From Myxococcales bacterium (GTDB lineage Bacteria; Myxococcota_A; Polyangia; Polyangiales; DASUME01), in assembly GCA_047601445.1 (NCBI GenBank), contig JASGJH010000001.1, positions 2,304,001-2,368,000 of the forward strand: a stretch of DNA of 64,000 nt, written 5' to 3'. Positions within the stretch are counted from its first letter, which is position 1, and every line of letters starts with the position of its first letter. Positions 58,771 through 64,000 of the stretch are shown here, piece by piece. Made by a program: the position numbers and the translations under genes. Below the pieces are notes generated by a model. It did no database searches, was not told the DNA's origin, and saw nothing but the letters and a program-made list of their open reading frames with translations.

Positions 58771-59667
58771 CTAGCCCCGCGGATGGTAGCGACTGTGAAC
58801 GCTGCGGAGACGGTCGGTCATCACGTGGGTGTAGACCTGGGTAGTCGAAATATCGGCGTGGCCGAGCATGGACTGCACCGCCCGCAAATCGGCACCCGCC
58901 TCGAGCAGGTGGGTAGCGAAGGAGTGACGTAGCTTATGTGGGCTGACCGGCTTCACGATCCCAGCTATCAGGGCGTAGCGCCGAATGTTCTTCCAGAACC
59001 CCTGGCGGGTCAGGGGCGCGCCCCTGGCCGTCACGAACAGGTGGGGAACCGAGGCGTCGGCCCAGGCACCGCGCACCGTGGCCAGATAGCGCTCGATCCA
59101 CTCTATGGCCGCGTCGCCCAAGGGCACCAAACGCTGTTTGTCGCCCTTGCCGCGCGCCAGCAGCAGCCCTCGATCGAGCATGACGTCGGCCCGTTTGAGC
59201 CCCACGAGCTCGGACACGCGCAGGCCACTCGCGTACATGGTGTACAGCATGGCGCGGTCGCGTAACCCTGCGGGTTCCGTTACCTCGGGCGCGTCGAGGA
59301 GGCGCTCGACCTCTTCGCGGCTGAGCACCACGGGCAGGCGCGCGCGCTTGCGCGGTGCGTCGAGGAGCTCGGTGGGATCACTCTCGAGCTGTCCCTCGCT
59401 TCGTAGGTAGCGGCACAGACCGCGCAGTGCCGACAGGTAACGGGCTTGCGAACGCGCGCCGACACCGCGCTGAGACAGAGCCGAGAGGAACACGGCGATC
59501 TGCTCGGCACTGATGCCCTGATTCACACCTCCGTGTGCCTCGAGGTGTGAGACGAACTCGCGCAGATCGTGGGCGTACGCCTCTTGGGTGTTGGCGCTCA
59601 GACCACGCTCCACCCGCAGATGCTCCAGGTAGTCGTCCACCCCAAACGAGATGTCTTGCGCGCGCAC
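58771..59667 (-). CDS. xerD: Tyrosine recombinase XerD
   Basis: [74 protein letters not shown] and HPRG. Confidence 0.95.
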   Translation of the reverse strand: MRAQDISFGVDDYLEHLRVERGLSANTQEAYAHDLREFVSHLEAHGGVNQGISAEQIAVFLSALSQRGVGARSQARYLSALRGLCRYLRSEGQLESDPTELLDAPRKRARLPVVLSREEVERLLDAPEVTEPAGLRDRAMLYTMYASGLRVSELVGLKRADVMLDRGLLLARGKGDKQRLVPLGDAAIEWIERYLATVRGAWADASVPHLFVTARGAPLTRQGFWKNIRRYALIAGIVKPVSPHKLRHSFATHLLEAGADLRAVQSMLGHADISTTQVYTHVMTDRLRSVHSRYHPRG

Positions 59668-59759
59668 TGAGCCACCTTGCCACGGTCCACACATCCGCCC
59701 CAAATAACGCGCGTTTTTGCGCGCAGGTGCGGACTCTCGTTGTGGTACAGTCGCGCTAG

Positions 59760-59960
59760 ATGTTGTCCCTTGCGCAACTGCGCATCGACGCACTGTTGGC
59801 AGTTCTCGTCAGTACTGCGTGCGCGATGCTGTTACTGCGTGCTTGCATCACTGTGAGCAAGCGAGCGTTGCTGGCGCGCGATGAAGCAGCAATCCGCTCC
59901 GTCGAGCGGGCGCGACACCTGCAAGGGACGGATCTCGGACGGACAGAGCAGCCGCCGTGA
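59760..59960 (+). CDS. Possible small single-TM protein
   Basis: 66 aa; one hydrophobic helix followed by a charged tail; fills the gap divergent from xerD. RBS is weak. Confidence 0.4.
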   Translation: MLSLAQLRIDALLAVLVSTACAMLLLRACITVSKRALLARDEAAIRSVERARHLQGTDLGRTEQPP

Positions 59961-60041
59961 GATCGTCTTGGTTGGAGAGGCGAAACGACGATAGACGTGA
60001 ACCCCACAACGGGGCAAAGTTGAAACCAGCGAGGTGAGCCT

Positions 60042-60854
60042 ATGGCACGGCTGATTGGATACATGGCAAACCGCGCGGATCGCCTGAGAGATGCGTTCCA
60101 TCAGGAACGGCACGCAGTCGCTGGCTTGCCCGCCGATCAACGCGGGGCGTGGGGCATCGGCTTCTATCAAGGCGACGAAGTGCTGCACAAGAAGCAGCCC
60201 ACGCCGGACGGCGAACCCATCCACTGGGAAGCCATCGCCGCCAACGTAAAGACCGATTGTGCCGTGGCGCATCTGCGCCAAGCCACGGTGGGCGGCTTCA
60301 GCGTGGACAACACTCACCCCTTCCGCTTCCGTCAGTGGCTGTTCGCGCACGTGGGCACCATCACTGCGTTCGACGAGATCAAGGCCAAGCTCCAGGCAGA
60401 GCTCCCTGACTTCCTGCGCCGAAACATCCGCGGCAGCTCCGACAGTGAGCTGTTCTTCCATCTCATCCTGGGACGCCTGCATGCGGCCGGACAGTTGGAA
60501 GCGGCGCTGCCGGGCAGCCCGGTCATGGTCGACGCCATCGGCTCCGCCGTACGCATCATCGACACTGTCGTGGGGAGTTCGCGCGAGGTGAGCACCCTCA
60601 ACATCATCTTGAGCAACGGGCGCGCGATGTACGCCCTGCGGCGCGGTGGCTCCTTCGGCTACGTCGAGCGCACCGGCTTGCACGACCCGGTCGAGCACCA
60701 GGAGGAGCGTCCGCCCCGCCCCGGGTCCCCGCTCTTGCACTACGTGATGATGGTCTCGGGAGGCCACGACGTGCCCGCCGGCTACACAGCCCTCGAGAAC
60801 AACCAGCTCGCCATCTTCAACCGCGACCTGGCGGTCCAGCTCCACCAGCTCTAG
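60042..60854 (+). CDS. Class II glutamine amidotransferase-like protein (YafJ/EgtC family) lacking the catalytic Cys
   Basis: GAGGTG RBS; MARLIGY, WGIGFY, AHLRQAT, NTHPF, FAHVGTI and GSSDSE. Confidence 0.85.
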   Translation: MARLIGYMANRADRLRDAFHQERHAVAGLPADQRGAWGIGFYQGDEVLHKKQPTPDGEPIHWEAIAANVKTDCAVAHLRQATVGGFSVDNTHPFRFRQWLFAHVGTITAFDEIKAKLQAELPDFLRRNIRGSSDSELFFHLILGRLHAAGQLEAALPGSPVMVDAIGSAVRIIDTVVGSSREVSTLNIILSNGRAMYALRRGGSFGYVERTGLHDPVEHQEERPPRPGSPLLHYVMMVSGGHDVPAGYTALENNQLAIFNRDLAVQLHQL

Positions 60855-60918
60855 ACGCGCAGCGACTTCCCGCAGCCAGCGGTTTCCCCGCCGCGGCAGC
60901 TCGGGTATGGTCGCGTTC

Positions 60919-61251
60919 ATGGCCGCCGCAACCCACACCCGGGTCGTGCTTTCCACCGTTCCGAACGAGCAAATCGGCGAGCGCATCGCCCGTGCCCTGC
61001 TCGAGGAAAACCTGGTCGCATGCGTGAACATGGTGCCAGGCATCCGTTCGCTGTATCGGTGGCAGGGCTCCATCCAAGACGACCAGGAATACCTGCTGGT
61101 CATCAAGACGCGGTCCGACCGCTACGAAAAGGTCGAGCAGAGGCTGCGGGAGCTCCACCCTTACGAGGTGTGCGAGGTACTGGCCTTCGATGTGGCCGCG
61201 GGCTCGAAGAGCTATCTGGATTGGGTGCTGGCCGAGACGCGGGACGCCTAG
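60919..61251 (+). CDS. cutA: Divalent-cation tolerance protein CutA
   Basis: LVACVNM, SLYRWQG, LLVIKT and LHPYEVCE. Alternative start at 60907. Confidence 0.93.
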   Translation: MAAATHTRVVLSTVPNEQIGERIARALLEENLVACVNMVPGIRSLYRWQGSIQDDQEYLLVIKTRSDRYEKVEQRLRELHPYEVCEVLAFDVAAGSKSYLDWVLAETRDA

Positions 61252-61379
61252 GCGATCGCAGGGCATCGCGGGCGATTCCCGCCTAAACCAGCGGCTTCAC
61301 GCAACTTTGCTCCCGAGAAGGCGGCGCGACGTAAACCTGCCTTTCCTTGGGGTGAAGTGCCGGGATACCCTCTTGACCC

Positions 61380-63597
61380 ATGAGGGGAATTGCGGGGTGG
61401 TTCAAGGTAGGCACAGTGTGCTGCCTGCTCTCGGTGGTCGGCTGCGACAGCGGCAACAAGAACGAGGGACATGAGCTCGAAGGCTCGACACGCAGTCTGC
61501 GCGGTCGCGCCTTCAGCAGCGACACTGGCAAGCCGCTGACGGATGCGCTGGTGACGATCGGGGGCTCCTCGGGAAACAGCGACGGCGAGGGCGCCTTTAC
61601 GCTCAGCTACTCGAGCTCGGCCAAGGATAGAGACCTCCAGGTCAACGCCAAGGAATACGCTCCGGTGCGCAAGTCGGTGCCCGCTGGCGACGGCTACGTC
61701 GAGGTGTTCGCCAAGAGCATCGACGCCAAGGAGACGGTCGCGCCCGACAAGGACGGCGTGGTGAAGTCGGACAAGGGTGCCTCCCTGGAGATCAAGGCTG
61801 GTTCCCTCGAGACGAAGGACGGAAAGTCCCCGAAGGAGATCGAACTGGCAGTCGCAGCGCCCGACGCGAAGCGCGCCACCGATCTCGACGCGCTGCCCGG
61901 CGATTTCGCAGCCAAGCAAGGCGACGTGATCGGCAAAGTGTCAGCCTCGGCTCCCGTCTACATCGACGCCAGCGAGAAGGGCCAAGAACTCAACCTGAAG
62001 GCAGGCCAGAAGGCGAACGTCACGCTGCCCGCCAGCGGCAAGAAGAAGGCTGCCCAGCCCACCCTGTATCGCTTCGACGAGGTGCTCGGCCTCTGGCTCG
62101 AGGCGGGGCCCGCGGTGGAGGGCCTCGATGGGGACGGTTTGCCCGTGTTCTCGGCCGAGGTCGATCGCTTCGGCTGGTTCACGGTCGGCACCTTCATCGG
62201 AGAACTGAGCTGCATCCGCACCTGCGTGGTGCACGAAAATCAAACGCCGGTGCCGTTTGCGCGCGCTGTGGTCACGGGCGTCGACCTGTTCACACAGAGC
62301 GTGGCCTTCGCCGGAGCAGATGGCTGCCTCGCGCTCAGCGTGCCCGCCAACGCGCGGCTCACGCTCAGCGTGCAGAGCGAGGGCGCGCGGGCGGCTCCGC
62401 AGGTCGTGCAGAGCACCACCGGCGGCAACGCGGCCCAACCGGACACGTGTTTGCAGTTGCCTCCCGTGGTGCTCGCTGCAAGCCAGCCGAGCACTTGCCC
62501 GCTCGGCTTCGCCTCCTGCGGCGACAGCTGCGTGGACATCGCGCGCGATCCGGCGAACTGCGGTGGCTGCGGCCAAAGCTGCGGCACCAACCTCTGTGCG
62601 GGCGCGCGCTGCGTGGATCTCGGTGCCACAGGACAAGCCCGACGCTGGCGCGATCGATCCCAAAACCGACGCCTCCACACCGCCGCCCGACGCGGGCCCC
62701 GGCTGCGTGGCGAGCACCGAAGATTGCTTCAACGGCACGGATGACGACTGTGACGGTCTGCCCGACTGCGCCGATTCCGAATGCACGGGGCCCGCGGCCT
62801 GCGCCCCAGAAGGAATGGCGCTCGGCTTCCTGCAAGCCGCGGGGTCCACGTGTCCTACCGGTACGACCCCTGACGCACAGCCGTTGCACCAAAATCCGCA
62901 GAGCGGAAGCTGCCAGGGTTGCGGCTGCGGCGCCGTTTCAGCGACCACCTGCGTGGCGACCGTCTCGGGCACGACCGGCAGCTGCCCCAGCGGGGGAACG
63001 CCCATCGCCACGTACAACTTCACGACGATCAACTCGTACACCTGCAGCTCCAACGCGGTGTCCTACGACAATTGGTACGGCTTCCACGCCACCTTCACCA
63101 CGACTCCGGGCACATGTCCCCCAAACGGCAGCCCGAAACCCTCCATGCTCGCCTGGAACAGCGACGCAGTGTTCTGCCGGATCCTGCGCAGCGGCACGGG
63201 TTGCGGCACTGGACAGGTCTGTTTGCCCCGCAACGATACGGTCCCGACCGCCAAGCTCTGCGATCAGATCGCTTCCGGCAGCTGTCAGGCGTCACAGACT
63301 ACCCAGACCTGGTACACGGGCGCGGACGATGGGCGCTCGTGTGGCGCGTGCAAATGCACCGCATCGGGAGCCGGCTGTAGCAACGTGAAGGTGCAGTTCG
63401 GGTCCGACTACGGCTGCGACGCCTACATCGTTGTGGTGGGCGACGGAGAAACGGCCTGCAGCCCGCAACAGTACGGCAACTACTCGCCAGAAGCGAAGCT
63501 GATCGGGACCCCGACCAATGCGACCTGCGCAGCCTCTGCTCCACTGCAGGGTTCCATCCTGCCAGTCGGAGCAACCACGCTCTGTTGCGCCCCATGA
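61380..63597 (+). pseudogene. Large Cys-rich lipoprotein, interrupted by an apparent +1 frameshift near 62615
   Basis: Lipobox VVGC; carboxypeptidase-regulatory-like beta domain; CGDSCVDIARDPANCGGCGQSC repeat; then a frame switch to VPQDKPDAG...EDCFNGTDDDCDGLPDCAD...TTLCCAP. Confidence 0.75.
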
Positions 63598-63636
63598 GCT
63601 AGCGACCCGGGTTCCACGGGCGGAGCCGGCCTCTCG

Positions 63637-64000
63637 CTAGCGCTGGTCCTTCGGCCGTAGCGCCTTCTGGTTGAGCACGCCCATCAACTGGCGTGCGTCC
63701 GGAATCAGCTCCGAGCGCGGCCACTTGGACATCAGCTTGCGCAACTGCGCGCGCGCCTCGTCGAGATCGCCCAGATCGTCGAGCACCCGCGCGAGCAACC
63801 AGGTGGCCTCCACGTGGATGTCCTTGTCGGCGTTCTGCTCGAGCACCTTGTCGAGCTCGGCGCGAGCCTGGGCAGACTTGCCGAGCTGCTGCAGCGCCTG
63901 GGCGAGCCGGTAGCGCACCTGCGGAATGTGGGCGGCCCCCTCGTCGAGGCGGATCGCATCCTGGAAGCTCTCGGTGGCCTCGGCGTAGCGACCGGTGCGC
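63637..64000 (-). CDS. TPR-repeat protein, C-terminal part (5' end beyond the window)
   Basis: Open frame to the window edge: GRYAEATESFQDAI...YRLAQALQQLGKSAQARAEL...WLLARVLDDLGDLDEAR. Confidence 0.8.
   Translation of the reverse strand, partial: RTGRYAEATESFQDAIRLDEGAAHIPQVRYRLAQALQQLGKSAQARAELDKVLEQNADKDIHVEATWLLARVLDDLGDLDEARAQLRKLMSKWPRSELIPDARQLMGVLNQKALRPKDQR

Noticed and set aside
58771..59667. Tyrosine recombinase as the integrase of an island or prophage
   Set aside because: It has XerD-specific motifs and housekeeping neighbours; no att repeats, tRNA or phage genes.
59961..60041. GGCAAA/GAAA-containing leader as a c-di-GMP riboswitch
   Set aside because: The required paired stems and second conserved element could not be built by eye.

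Overview
GC-rich bacterial chromosome segment. Its gene content points to Myxococcota, probably Polyangiales: two eukaryote-like Ser/Thr kinases, a TPR/PEGA protein, fibro-slime and myxobacterial disulfide-repeat lipoproteins with (GD)n linkers, and a sigma54 enhancer-binding protein. About 47 genes are supported. In order: a biuret catabolic module (biuH-cupin-atzF) divergent from a putative amide/urea porin; a lipoprotein-flippase-secreted protein-Zn peptidase cluster; a probable sigma54-driven operon (glycosyltransferase, ABC-2 exporter, TPR/PEGA TonB-dependent receptor, Ser/Thr kinase); an S1 paralog; a head-to-head metallophosphoesterase/nucleotidyltransferase pair; a GT3 glycogen synthase; an HAE1 RND pump; a two-component system facing a czcCBA-like pump; an orphan GT2 + KpsS/KpsC-like capsule enzyme; a lipase; pstSCAB; a CorA-family transporter; sucCD; xerD; a catalytically degenerate class II amidotransferase; and cutA. 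Three Cys-rich lipoprotein genes each carry an apparent single-base (+1) frameshift. I saw no rRNA, tRNA, CRISPR array or transposase. The most promising novel items are the receptor-kinase trans-envelope module, the NTase/phosphoesterase pair, the structured leader with a terminator upstream of biuH, the amidotransferase pseudoenzyme and the orphan capsule polymerase. All calls come from motif recognition by eye, without database searches.
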